A DNA stretch of 38,951 nt from Nemertoderma westbladi. Lineage: Eukaryota > Animalia > Xenacoelomorpha. The stretch lies in NCBI GenBank assembly GCA_032718475.1, contig JAUCBJ010001792.1:1-38951 (forward strand), in the 5' to 3' direction. The notes under the pieces were generated by a model. That model worked only from the letters and a program-made list of their open reading frames with translations. It did no database searches and had not been told where the DNA came from. The translations under genes were made by a program, and so were the position numbers. Below, in pieces: positions 1-12,630 of this stretch. Position 1 is the first letter of the stretch. Every line of letters begins with the position of its first letter.

Positions 1-376
1 AATACAGAATATAATTGACACCAGAGGTAGAAGAACTGTTGTCTTATCATCACTCTTTTCAGAATTATTCCCCTTTAGTTCTTTCAGATATTTTGCACGC
101 TGTTGGAGCTTATATACAATGACGCCATTAAGAATAAATATAGTGCTACATGGTAGGCTAAAAAATATTGCCACAGCACTAATGAAGAAATATATATAAA
201 AGCTGTTTATAGGAATCCATGCTTCGATGCCACAAGATTCATCAACTTTAGTGAATAGTACTGCATTGGGAATACAAGAACAATATGAAAGAAATATGAT
301 GAGCGCACTGACCATCTTAGCCCTCTTTATGGTACAAAATTCTCGAGCCTTCAGTGGAAACGTGCAATAAATGAAT
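1..376 (-). CDS. Rhodopsin-class GPCR, coding exon 3 (ICL2, TM4-TM6; runs off the window)
   Basis: Pyrimidine tract + AG at 378-377. Completes the DRF motif: (R)FIYCTFPLKAREFCTIKRAKMVSALIIFLSYCSCIPNAVLF...FFSLPCSTIFILNGVIVYKL...TTVLLPLVSIIFCI, with no stop codons. Not in the supplied ORF track. Confidence 0.88.
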
Positions 377-717
377 CTAATAAATAGAAAATAAAATAAA
401 ATTTATAGTGAAGACTGATAGGTTATCAGCTGATAAGACTGTGTGGTGTTGGGAAGTAATAATTGTAATATGTAATGTTAAATGTTAGATATCCTCCCAC
501 AGGTGAACTTTATACAAAGTATGTTTAATTTGTTTACCTTTACTGGAGCCACTGCTTATTATAATAAAACGAGCTATCATTTATTGTTCTGTATAATGAT
601 GATATGACATTGTAATTGATAGTAAAAAAAATTAAAGCATGTTGGTCTAATAGTGAAGATCAAAAGTAAAACTAAAAGTATATTAGCATCAATCACCTAT
701 ATTTAGATTATAACAGA

Positions 718-741
718 AATAATAATAATAATAATAATAAT
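718..741. repeat. (AAT)8 microsatellite
   Basis: Read directly from the sequence. Confidence 0.95.
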
Positions 742-1079
742 GACAAACTATAGGCCTTATAGACTTAGATTTTTATAGCAGTAATGTGGTACTACCTCTA
801 GCTGTCAGCCCAGTAGGGCAGGCCTGATAAGCACCACTAGCCTATTCATTATTTAGTTGATCAAGAGTGGGTTAGTTTTAGCCCAGTCAACTAAATAAGT
901 CATTGAGGGCTATAGCGCAGCATTGAAGGCAAAGGCTTGATACGCATCTGCAATGGAGATGATATACGCCCCACTCTGTCTATACTGGATGCTCCTCTAC
1001 CAATGTCAGGTAACCTAACCCAGGAGGCACACTTGGTTCAGGGTGTAACTTTGCACTCAATTTAATTTGCACCAATTTG

Positions 1080-3969
1080 CACTTAAGACCCTAAACAACT
1101 TCGAATCTATAAATTCCAGGGTTATGATCGCAACATTTGATGGAGTCCAACCAATGCCTCAGAGCCAGAACAAGCAGTCAAGTTTTATGAATATCTGACT
1201 GGACTTATAAAGGACATTGAATGATGCAAAGGACATGAATGAGCAAATTGGCCCAGAAGACATCAAGGGTTACACCTATAACACCAGTTCTAACAGAAAT
1301 GGGTACTTACTTTTAGACCTAATGGAAGAATGTGAATTGATACCAACAAACAACACATTCGAAAATAATAAGGGGAAGCTATAGACCTTTCAATACCCTA
1401 ATGGAACCAAAGCACAACTGGATTACATCCTTTTAAACAAAAAGTGGAGAAACAGCATGATCAGGTTCCACCTTGGTGTAGTGGTTGCATTGAATTCACA
1501 TCTCCCATAGGTCGTGAGTTCGATCCTCACATGGGCCAGGGCAGTTTTCGTTTTGGCACGAATGCTTTAAAGGGACCAGCCAGGGCGCATCTCTGCCTTG
1601 CATCCTTAAGTGGTAGCTAAATGAGTACTAGAGTTTCCTCTGGGGAGGTTCTGGGGGGACCTCACTGGAAATAAGTCATCAGACTTTGTGCGTAATCCCT
1701 GGCCATGCGGCCGAAGAAAATTTACTTTTTTACTTTACTTTTTAACAACTGCGAGGCATACAGCTCATTCAACCTAATTGGTTCGGACCGCAGAATTATG
1801 ACTGCAGAGATCAGACTCAGTTCGAGAGCCAGCAAACCCAGGACAAGCAAGCAAATCAACTATGACTGGGAGCAACTCAGAACTGACAATGCAGTAAAGG
1901 ATGCTTACACAGTATAACTTTAAAACCGCTTTGAAGCACTTCAGTCAATGGATGAAGACCAGTCCACCGATTCAATATACCAGAATATAATAACATCCCA
2001 CAATGAATCAGCTAAGGGGCATATCCCCCAGAAGCCCAAACGAAAACAGTATGTGCCATGGCAAAACTCTGAGGTTACTTGTAAGAGAGAAGATCTTAAG
2101 ATAGCCTACAAAGTTAAAACCGAACAACCAATAACCAAAAACATTAACAAGGATGAGAAAGCTAAGGATGATCTTAAATTGGCCTACAACATCAGCCAGG
2201 AAAAGTACATATAGGATAAATTTGAAGCAATTACAACTGCTCACATACAGCAACAATCAAGACTTGCCTGGCAAACTGTAATTGAGGTATCTATCTGGTC
2301 GGAAAACTTGTGCAAAGGGGCACCTCAAAGCCGATAGTCCTGAAGAATGTGTTGGGAAGTGGAAAAATCACTTCAGCAAATTGCTTGGGCAGCCACCAAA
2401 CATCGAGGTCAGCCCTGCAAGGAAAATATATGACAAGACACTACCTATAGAAACAGGGGACTTCATACCTGCTGAACTCCAAAGAAGCATTAAAAGCATG
2501 TCCAATAATAAAGTGAGTGGATTACATGAAATCCCAGCAGAGGTATGAAAAACAGGAGTGCTAAACAGACAATTATTGAATGTTTGCAACTGGATGTTAA
2601 AAGGGGAAAAGCCACCACCAATTTGGACTAAAGGTCAACTAAAGCCTCTCCCCAAGAAAGGAGACCTCAGTATACCAACAAACTATCGTAGGATCTGTCT
2701 GCTTGTTGTAGCTGCTAAAATATACAATAAAATGATTCTATATAGGATTAGACATCACATAGAGAAACTACTGCGTAAGAGCCAAAACGGATTTCGACCA
2801 AATAGATCAACAATAGCTCAGATACTTGCACTATGGAGACTGATTGAAGGAATTAAGTCAAATAATCTCCCCGCAGTCATGACTTTTGTGGACTTCAAGA
2901 AGGCATTTGAATCCATCCATAGAGGTAAAATGCTTGAAATCCTAATAGCTTATGGAATACCAGAAGTAATTGTTGCTGACATTGGATTGTTATATTGTGA
3001 CACAGAAGCACAGGTACTCTCACCAGATGGTGAAACTGAGTTTTTCTCAATCCTGGCTGGCGTACTGCAAGGTGATACATTAGCACCATTACTATTTGTA
3101 ATCATGCTGGATTACACAATGAGGACGACCACAAATGGTGAAGATCTGGGATTCATATTTCAAGAACGCAGAACTAGTAGATATCCTGCAACTACAATCA
3201 CAGACGCCGACTTTGCGGATGATATCACCCTGCTCTCTATCTCTAATACACTAGCAAATGCATAGCTTCTACTAAATAAAGTGGAGAGGGCTGCTAAGGA
3301 GGTTGGATTACATATAAATGCTACCAAGACCGAATTCATGACCTTTAATGTTGATGGAAACTTGACAACTATTGATGATAATCAACTAAGGAAGGTCGAC
3401 GACTTCCAGTACCTTGGATAATGGATAGAGAGTAGCAAAAAGGACATAGAAGTTAGAAAAGCAAAGGCTTGGGTAGCTCTATCAAAAATGGATACCATCT
3501 GGAAATCAGATCTCTCCAGGCACCTGAAGACTAAGTTCTTTCGAGCCACAGTGGAAAGTGTATTTTTATACGGGGGTGAGTCCTGGACACTGACTAAATC
3601 ACAAACAACGACTTGATGGTTGCTACACAAGACTACTAAGGGCAGCCCTACACATCAGCTGGAGACAACACATGACAAACGCCGAGCTTTATGGTACAAT
3701 ACCACCTGTATCATCCACCCTCCATGAATGCAGAATTAAGATTCAGTGGGCACTGCTGGCGAAGTAAAGCAGCAACCGCAACAAAGCAACCGCGACCAAC
3801 TCATGGAATGGAAAACGTAGTCGTGGATGATCAGCCATAAGATATATAGATCAACTTGAAAGGGATACTGAACTTGGGAGAAACAAATTGCGACCACTAT
3901 GGAGAATCGGGAAGCCTGGAAGGATCTCATTTCCACCGTCCGAGTTCACTCAACCTAGTTGTAGTAGTA
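1080..3969 (+). mobile_element. Degenerate RTE-like non-LTR retrotransposon (APE endonuclease + reverse transcriptase)
   Basis: APE motifs DMNEQIG, NRNG, QLDYIL, SD(R)R. RT motifs PKKGDLS..NYR, QNGFR, FVDFKKAF, GVLQGDTLAP, FADD, FQYLG. Many stops and frameshifts. (GTA)n-type 3' tail at about 3956-3969. The 5' boundary is approximate. Confidence 0.9.
1464..1743 (+). mobile_element. tRNA-derived SINE inserted in the LINE endonuclease region
   Basis: Pol III A box TGGTGTAGTGG, B box GAGTTCGATCC and a (TTTAC)n-like tail. The LINE frame reads KKWRNSMI before it and NCEAYSSF after it. No clear TSD. Confidence 0.8.
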
Positions 3970-4729
3970 ATTTCCCACCACAGCCCTAAGCAATATATGG
4001 GTCAATGCCAACCATATTGACCAAGTCAAGTACGGGACAAAAAAGATACAAAAATGTTGATCATTTGAAAATGAATGGTCAGGTGGACACTCCAACCACA
4101 GTTTGTTATAGAAAAAGCTACATCGAATTAAAAAAAAAATTGTTACTTACAGGACATTTTTCAAATTTTATCATTGTGATTATGGGCTCATATTGGCCAT
4201 TAAAATTACAATTCAGGTAGGTGCCAAACGATTAATATCCCTGCTGAGTATAATTCCTGTGAACAAATAAACGTAGCTTCGTAGTAAATTTGAGATATCA
4301 GAAATACAAAAAAATTGAACGTGGTCCGATTTTTTGTCACCACATAAGTGACACTCGTTAAATGATTTAATAGCATATGAATTGTCAAATATGGGCCATT
4401 AACCCGATGTGTTAACACTTTCACTTCCACTTCAATTAGATTGCCAATTTTTGGTGACTTAGCAAACGTGACAGGATGTCCCATACTTGACATTGTGTTG
4501 GGGGCAGAAGTTAATAATGGTATAAACAACTAATTACTTACATTTAATTAATGGTTGGGGTTTACCAGTCACAGATAAACTGTAAACCTGCTCCTTCCCC
4601 TTAATTGACAACAGAACAAATTAATTTATTACCAAATGAACTATTTGTGGAAATGGTTTTGAGATTGGGATGGAAGTTGGGAATGGAACTGGAGTTGGCA
4701 GAGGGAAAGACGATAAACTGCATTTAAAT

Positions 4730-7308
4730 CAAGGCCACCTATAATACAGGCCTTGCAGCCCAATAATTGCCAAAATTTGCTAGGGCCGAAGTTTTACAAT
4801 CTACATTTCACCTAGATGACGGTACCTAACTCTACTATCTAATTGTTTCCAAGGTTATCAGGTATGGCGAATCTTTTTAGACTATTTTTAAATTTAGTGC
4901 TTATCTGGAAATGCCACTTTTCGAGGGGTGCATGATGGGTGCTGAGAATGAAAAATTCCATACATAATAAATGTCTATTAAATTGCCTCAAAAACTAACA
5001 TTTTCAACCTATTTTTAGGTTTTCAATCATTGCGAGTGTAATATCTTTATTTAATAGCATTTAGTTCTCATAATAAGTATATTTCAGGTTATTCCCAACG
5101 AATTGAAAATAAATATGTAGACCTTGGCAGGCCAATTCAACTCAAATTATAATACGTATAATACGTCAAATTATAATTATAATACTCAATGTTTATGTTG
5201 ACGAAAATTTGGCCCTTTTCTGTGCAACAGCTGTGGTATCGTCGAGAGATTTCTTGCAAACATCATTTAGGAAATTATTAGCAAGAGTACGGTGAACCTT
5301 AACATTTAGGGCAAATTGAGGCGAATCAGCAGGTGACATATACTTATATATTGCTGTGAATAAATGTACAAGTCTAGTACGGCACAATGTAGTTTTAGAA
5401 ACGTGATTGAAAAACGCATAGCAGTAACAGGTATACAATACCAAATTATCCGAAGGAAAAGATAATCTACCCCGATTTAACTCGTGAAAGTACTGAGTTA
5501 CTTGGTCGCTGGTCTCGGTACTGATTGCTCCTGGTGCTAATTTGCATTTGAAAGTGAGATACCCCGCAATATATTTTGTCGCTGTATATTAGAAGGACTA
5601 ACAACTAATAGTTTACCTTGTTGTTATCGACAACGACCACAATCACAACAATTTTACATGAAACCAGATCTTTAAGGATGAGATTCACATTGTCCAACTG
5701 AAACTCCGAAGTTAAACCACTGTATGGTATCATCTTCAAAACGAAGCTGGGCCCTCCAAATGCGCAACGAATCATTACTGCCAAAATCGTTCTGGCCAGT
5801 TTCGTTGGATCATCAACTGAATTACCATAAACAGTTCCCCCATAATATTGAACAGATGGCTTTATATATATATATTTCATCAATAACCAAGGAGCAAATG
5901 CGTTGGTGGTCCTCCAATTTCTCAAATACAGCAGTGAGAAACTCCTTCGTATCAACATTAGACACTGCCGATGTAATATTACGGATCACTCGCAAACTTG
6001 GAAGCACCATGAATTCCTGGAGTGTCTGGTAAAGCTTCGTCGACAACGTATACCAAGAAAATGCAAGGGATAAATCATTTGCAAGATATACCTTTCCATT
6101 CTTGGGAGTATTCAGTAGCTCAATTTGGCGATTAATGAAAATCCAGCGCTCGTCCTCTACTGGAGTGTCCTGATTCAAAACATTAATCACTTCCTCGAGT
6201 TCAGACCAACGTCGAACTTTGCTGGGATATCGAAGAAACAGGAATTTCTCCTTACGAAGGCCTCTGTAGCCACTAAACGAAAGGGATTCAGTAGATACTG
6301 TAATGTTGAGAGTCCATTTAGCTGTTGGACCTTCTCTTTCACGGCTCATAACTACTGCATCCCCAGAATCTCGCAAGAGCAAATCGTAACTTCCACCTAA
6401 TTTATTGTGGAGCTGCGTCGAAAACGATTCCACAAGTATAATGTCCATCTCGAGAAACCTCGGGAGTTCATCCGGCAGAGTGTTGCGGAGTTGGTTGAAG
6501 CTCGTGGAAGAAGAAGTAGCTCGTGGTCTTGCAGAAGGAGTAGGGACCCAAGAATCGGGAGTATTAAATATTGACGGTGGATTAGTTGGAACTCCACCGC
6601 CGCGACCGCCTTTTACCGACTTCATGGGAGTTTGCATTGGCCAGTGGAGCCGACAGACTCCCATATTATCGGTAACACTTCCAATGATGTTCGGAAGAGC
6701 TCTAATCCACTCCACCCGCTGTCGCTCGTCTCTCGGGAAGGAGTAAACCGGAATCAGACCCGTCTCTTCTGGATGTTCCTTGGCTCGACAGTAACCAGTT
6801 TGGCAGTTCCCCACAGAACATTTTCGTCCCATTAGGCTACGCATACAACAGCAACAATAATACAACAGTTGTAACAATAATAATAAAATATTCGATATCA
6901 AATAGGTACGGTAGTCGTAGCTCGTAGCTATTGCAAATTAATACAACAGACTGGCATGCGCAGTAGCCTAACTGAATAGCAGTTTATCACTACAGCACTA
7001 GTGGTAGTAACAGAGTAAGTGGTAACCACTGAAACGTCTGAAAGCTGTAGGCTTACCCACATAATACAGTAATAGCCTACTGTTAACTGTACCGGTAATG
7101 ATAGAATGATCAATCAGTGTGATTTTGTATAGGCCTACCAGTAACACTTTTGGTGTCCCCTGAAAAATAGTAATAGTTCTGTCCACATCCATAATTCGAA
7201 ATATGTCGCATCAAAGGGACATCTAAGTGAAATGTAGATTGTAAAACTTCGGCCCTAGCAAATTTTGGCAATTATTGGGCTGCAAGGCCTGTATTATAGG
7301 TGGCCTTG
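4730..7308 (-). mobile_element. P-element superfamily (THAP) DNA transposon, internally deleted
   Basis: 89-bp TIRs (4730-4818 and 7220-7308, 1 mismatch) starting CAAGGCC. Flanks ATTTAAAT / ATTTAAAC give an 8-bp TSD with 1 mismatch. Confidence 0.92.
5193..6832 (-). pseudogene. THAP-domain P-type (THAP9-like) transposase, frameshifted and internally deleted
   Basis: THAP C2CH finger (MGRKCSVGNC...FP..W...VCRLHW), first catalytic Asp CSLVIDEIY, and VVVDNNKVN. Frameshift in a (TA)n run near 5865. Jumps to C-terminal YIAGY...LNRGRLSFPS, so the central region is missing. Confidence 0.88.
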
Positions 7309-9168
7309 ATTTAAACTCTAGTACGGAGGAGTTGTTGGAAGAATTTTATCATTTGTTTGTAATTGGAAAATAAATATCAAAAATTATAATAATCGTTTCC
7401 ATGTAAATTCCTTCCTATACCATATCAATATGTCCCATACATGACATTAAGAAATTGACAATTTACATTTTCAAATTAATTTTTTGATATAAAATAACGG
7501 TTTTCAATAGACCATATGCAACAGTTTTGTGTATTACAATGTTATTACGTGGAAAAAAAACAATTAGCCCAACTTTTCATGGCAAAGTTTCCCAGAAAGT
7601 GAAATTTTGTGTTGTCACTATGAAAAAATTATTTTTCGTGCAGGATTTTATAATTTTTTTCTCACTAATTATTTTGCCGGACACCTCAATACCATCATTA
7701 AACGACTGTTACTTCAAATTTTCAAGAATGTGGACATAAAGTACGAAAAAAATATTTAAACAATTTGTAAATTTTTGCAGCCCGGAACGTTTCTCTCAAT
7801 AACGGCCAACAAATTTTTGGGGCACTTTCTGGTTTCATATGCATAAATTATCGCTCTTTCTAACCATCACTATGGCAAATTCTCAAAGTTAATTTCAAAA
7901 TTCAACAAATTTCAAAAATCACATACAGAACACATTCGTCAATAGGGTTGGTATTGGCCCATACACAGTAAGGTACAGTATTCTGGTGTTTGGTGATGGG
8001 AATAACGTGACCATATCCTACTATAGTTAACATTTTATTATTGTTAGGTGAATGACAAGACTAAGTCAAAAACAAACCCTGTCACATTGTCGATATATAA
8101 TTTGTGCACAATCGCAATCACACAGATCAGATGCAATGAACAGCTCAAATTGGGTTTGTGTGTAGTGGAAGGATCCTTTGGGGTCTGCTTTTAGCTACAA
8201 CCTCCTCTGCAAAAATCACTACAGTCACTCAATATGATTGAGATTGAGTCGCATATCTTGACTCGACATTATTGGCTTTGAGGGTCTGGGTAAGATGCAG
8301 AACCATTATCGGAACCTATTAAATTTAAACTAATTAAACTCAAATTTTGGAATAACAATTACCGTGCTATGCAATTAAATTATACTATCCCTATCTCTAA
8401 TAGCACCACTGCCTTATTTATTGCCATAATTAATAACTGTGCGCAATTCCAAAATATTATATAAAAAATTGTTTATATAAAATTTTAGCTTAAACTATTA
8501 GTGTAATTACGATTTACTGTGCGCGGACTTTACTCCTTATTGATGTTGTGTATAATTTTTTTTATGTAATCTTAACTACATTCTAGCGTACATACAAATT
8601 ATTTACCCCGTGTATCTTATTGGACAAGAAAAATATTAGAAATAATTATTTCAATCTTCAGAAACTCATATAGACCTCATAAAAAAAATTATAAATTATC
8701 CTGCGATTTACTACAATGTATGCGTATCTGTAAGCAGGTGAGCCTAATGACATGATGATCATCATAAGATGTAGGAATTATAGATATATTGGCCAACCTC
8801 AACTTCTATTGTGCAATGGACAGGGTATTCAAATGTATTGTAAATGCAATGGGAAGTACAACAAAGGATAAAATGCTCTTTCATAATAACAGAATTCACC
8901 CGAGTGGCACTGGAATTATATAAATTTAATAAATAGACTTTGTGCTACATTTTCATGTGTGGATTATTTCCAACAGGTGTCAAAGTGGTATGTCTGGGAT
9001 CTGGGTATTTGCAGGTTTGAGAGTGACCAATCGCCAATACAATTACATAACTAACTAATGACATAAAACGTATGTAATAGATAGTAACAAAAGTTAAAGA
9101 ATCACAAGACTGTTTATAAAAATTTATGTTTATTATATAGTATATATGTATATATACTCAATGTGTAC

Positions 9169-9347
9169 CTGTCTACAGTGACTGCAACCAATATCCAAGC
9201 AGATGCAATGGATGACCCTCCATTATGAATCATGAATATTTTGCAAGTTAATGACGAGTAGGCTTCAATAACAATACCCATCAATGGGAATGGCATTGAA
9301 ATAACAGCATCCCATATTAGACCAACAGTATCACAAATTGCAAGAAT
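9169..9347 (-). CDS. Rhodopsin-class GPCR, coding exon 2 (TM2-TM3)
   Basis: Acceptor TTTTGCAG, then ILAICD (LAxxD motif) ... TCKIF ... SAWILVAVTVD-R. Phase-2 donor AG|GTACAC at 9168. In frame with exon 1. Confidence 0.88.
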
Positions 9348-9636
9348 CTGCAAAATCATATAAAATATATAATTACTATTAGGCCAGGAAAATTATTTGG
9401 CTTTGTTTTCTGGCTTTTTTTTGCATCTGGGCGCCTGCTTCAGTAAAATTGAAACAGGCATATTTACTGCTAGCTGGACAATTTTCAATTCCAGCTCTAA
9501 TAAAATTAAATAGTAATATAACAGTAAAGTAACAGTAAATATCTGCTAGTCTACAAAGTTAGGGGAAATTTAAATTCATAGTGTCATATGTAATACTAAT
9601 AGACAATGAGACAGATACATATTATGTATGTTTCAT

Positions 9637-9762
9637 TGGGGATGTTAGGACAATTGCGACCCGGACAATTGCTTCCGCCTTCAGCCTTGCGGACCCTGGC
9701 GGGGCTGAACCTACAACCAATAGATTGCAGGCCCGGCATCCAACCAACTGAGCTAACCCGCC
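9637..9762 (-). mobile_element. Short tRNA-like element (SINE head or tRNA pseudogene, GCA anticodon-like loop)
   Basis: Reverse strand GGCGGGTTAGCTCAGTTGG (A box) ... CTGCAAT ... GGTTCAGCCCC (B-box-like), followed by two GCAATTGTCC motifs. The acceptor stem is poor. Confidence 0.6.
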
Positions 9763-9839
9763 TTCTATTGCCTAATAGTCTGTGGTAATCACGAAAAAGC
9801 CAAATAAAAAAGTCCAGGTAAAACTAAATAAAATAATCA

Positions 9840-10230
9840 AGTACGTATAATATACTCTGATAAATAGATCCTTCTATCCTATTTTATAAGAAAGTAAATA
9901 TTCTTCTGCCTATTCAGATCGGGATCTTTACCGGCTTCATATAGGAATGTTTATGCATTTTTTTACGAATATGATAGGACAGAACTACCATGGCCTTTTA
10001 CGCGATCCAGTAATATACAATGCCCTGCCCATGCCCATGAGACACGATCGGCCAGAAATACCCATTTCTTTGTGGCACGGAAAAATTTGGTTGTTGTACA
10101 TTGTACGATGTACAATGTACAGGCATCACTGACGTACAGCGTTGCCATTCTATGGAACAAACTATCTCAAAATGTGTGGAAATAAAGTCAAAAACAATAT
10201 TTGAACGTAAATTGTGGAATGAATTATTTA
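9840..10230 (+). mobile_element. Highly decayed CR1/L2-type LINE 3' fragment
   Basis: Traces of the C-terminal signature SLTYSVAILWNKL ... KSKTIFERKL. Confidence 0.4.
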
Positions 10231-10304
10231 GGCACGAAAATCCAATTTACCTTGCTGTTTAATATTATTAGCACGTTACATAATTTATATATTTATATAC
10301 TTAC

Positions 10305-10496
10305 TTGAAGATACATTGTTGTGCTTGTTTGTGGTTTGAAATTTCTCATCGTCAAAAAGGTAAGCGTGTTGTTAATCGTTCCAATACCAGCAATGGACAG
10401 AAGACCAATTGTGGCTATTTGAGTAGCTAACTTGTATTGCCAATGTTGCTCAACTCTTTCAAAGAATGTTAACATGGAAATATTTGAAGCAGCCAT
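10305..10496 (-). CDS. Rhodopsin-class (class A) GPCR, coding exon 1 (N-terminus, TM1, start of TM2)
   Basis: MAASNIS...IGLLSIAGIGTINNTLTFLTMRNFKPQTSTTMYLQ, then a canonical donor GTAAGT starting at 10304 (phase 0). Confidence 0.85.
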
Positions 10497-10970
10497 AGTT
10501 TCCTTCTGATAAATTTCTTATGCTTAATGATAGTTATTTTCAAAATTATGCTAAGAATCTATTTTACAGAAGTATTTATTCGAAACACGAATCTTCAAGT
10601 TTGAAAACAAATGTGATAAACATGACAAATCACAATTTGGGGTATCTGAAAGATTATAATAGCTCTGAAATTAATTGGCTAATTATAGGATAATTCTCAT
10701 TGTGTAACATGTGCTAATCTTTTAGATTCTTTTAAAACTTTTTAATTTTAGATTTGAATTGACTAATTATAAAATAATTGCCATGTTGTGCTGGTATTAA
10801 TCTTTTAAATTCTCGTATTTAATGATAATTCCCAATGTTTATGATGTTGTAAATCTGCAATAATAAGATTAAATTCTAACAAAGTTGTAGAAAACCTGTC
10901 TTGTTATCCGAATTAAACAAATTTTGAAACAGCTTTATGTCCAGCAGTCCAAAACGTAAATTTGAACATA

Positions 10971-11253
10971 ATACATCATTAAAATTACGTTTTATAGGTA
11001 GTTTATGTTAACAGCTAGATGCTGATTAGAGCATGATAAACACAAGCACACGTCTGTCTGCAAGACTGGTGGTAGGTACAACATTTGGCATTTCCGAGAA
11101 GCGGATTTAGGGAGGTGATCGTGGTGGAGGGTGTTGGGCACCTGGGGTAGCTGCCACTATGGTTGATGCACTAGAGATGAGGGCTGTTCAAATTATTTAT
11201 TATTTTTAATTATTATTTTTTATTTGTGTATCCCACTTGTTCTATATATATCT
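10971..11253 (+). repeat. Dispersed ~280-bp repeat, copy 1
   Basis: Closely matches 17620-17887 in the same orientation. Confidence 0.85.
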
Positions 11254-11607
11254 GTCATGTATGGTTGGTCAGGTACTATCACCGTTTATCATTCATTTCA
11301 ATTGTGATTCTGCAAAAGTTGCATTTTGTCAAAAAGTTGCATTCCAACAAACCGACGCTCCTTCAGCAGATGCAATGAATGATATCATTACCATTGCGAA
11401 GAGGTCAGCGTAACAGGAGACACCCAAACTGGTATAATGTACAAAAATATAATTGAAACATGGTGTAACTCGCCAGCCCACAGGTTTATTATGCGAGACT
11501 CTGCACTCCTGTGGTGGTATTCATAAATACGACTAACTAGGAACTTAGTCTTCGTCACAGCTATTTAGTATGTGCATGTACTAATTCGGTATCCAGAGAA
11601 GTTGGTC

Positions 11608-12114
11608 CTACTACAACTAGAGGATCGGCATGCTGCAGTGCAGCTGCATTTTGTAAGAATGCTGCGCCCGCTTGTTGACAAAATTGCGCCACTACAACTT
11701 GCTATCACCCATGACATTTGCTAGATCATCCACATCTTCAAGGCCAGTGTCCTTTAAGATGCATCTCAAGAAAGTCATGGGCTGTCCACCATGCTTATTC
11801 ACTCCATGAGGCTGCCAAAGCACAAGATTATGCAATGGCTGGTCCTCACGGTGAAAGCAATGTCCTGCAAAGTGGAGGTGACTTTGTTCCAGTGTCAAGC
11901 TTGGGGGAACCAATGAGACATGTCCAATGATATATAGTGTCTGGTTGGAGACGTGTGCATCGTACTTAATACAATGAACCTGGCGTAGCATTCTTGTGAA
12001 TGTGCCATCCAGAGATTTTGTTTCCTCAGCAGTTAGAGCCCAGCACGGACTCCCAAAGAGGAGTAGTGGAACTACTGCTGCTCTAAATAATTGGACCTTA
12101 ATTTTCCGATTAAT
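11608..12114 (-). mobile_element. RTE-like LINE 3' fragment (distinct subfamily)
   Basis: KVQLFRAAVVPLLLFGSPCWALT...LDGTFTRMLR...HFAGHCFHR. CTAGTTGTAGTAG-type tail like the element at 3.96 kb. Confidence 0.8.
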
Positions 12115-12229
12115 TCTAACATACTTGAGGCTGGTAGGTCCACTGTTTAGAGATAGGATGTGCAACTTAAGACTGCCTGTTCAATAGAAGTGGATTAGGT
12201 GGGATAGTGAATGTCAGGGACAAGTGCCT

Positions 12230-12287
12230 GAACTGGTTAGCGCTACTGATGAGGCCTGATACTGAAATGTACGTATAGCGCTGGTTC
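12230..12287 (+). ncRNA. Type I hammerhead ribozyme, degenerate copy
   Basis: Same as copy 2, but stem II has lost 2 nt (GGCCTGATACT). Confidence 0.7.
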
Positions 12288-12570
12288 AACCCCTGGTGAA
12301 GCGCTTTCTCCTTTTTTCAATTTCTGAACAAAACCATAATATTACATATTTAATTACAGTTGCATTAACAGCTCAACTCCAATTAATTTATTAATATCAC
12401 CTAGCAGGAATACTAGAGCTGAATATTTATTTATTTGTACTTCCCTCCTGTTTCACTCTAACATACTTGAGGCCAGTAGGTCCGCTGTTAGAGATAGGAT
12501 ATGCAACTTAAGACGGCCTGCTCAATAGAAGTGGATTAGGTGGGAGGGTGAATGTCAGGGGCAAGTGGCT

Positions 12571-12630
12571 GAACTGGTTAGCGCTACTGATGAGGCCTGA
12601 TAGGCTGAAATGTACGTATAGCGCTGGTTC
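12571..12630 (+). ncRNA. Type I hammerhead ribozyme
   Basis: Stem I AGCGCTA/TAGCGCT (plus GAACT/GGTTC beyond a bulge), core CTGATGA, stem II GGCCT-GAT-AGGCT, GAAA, short stem III ATG-TA-CGT. Predicted cleavage at GTA^ after 12618. Confidence 0.88.

Noticed and set aside
5822-6901. ORF-track N-terminus MISNILLLLLQLLYYCCCC as a signal peptide
   Set aside because: It comes from a low-complexity stretch upstream of the likely start MGRKC at 6832.
9690-9762. Functional tRNA-Cys gene
   Set aside because: Poor acceptor and anticodon stems, a non-canonical T loop and a repeat-like 3' extension.
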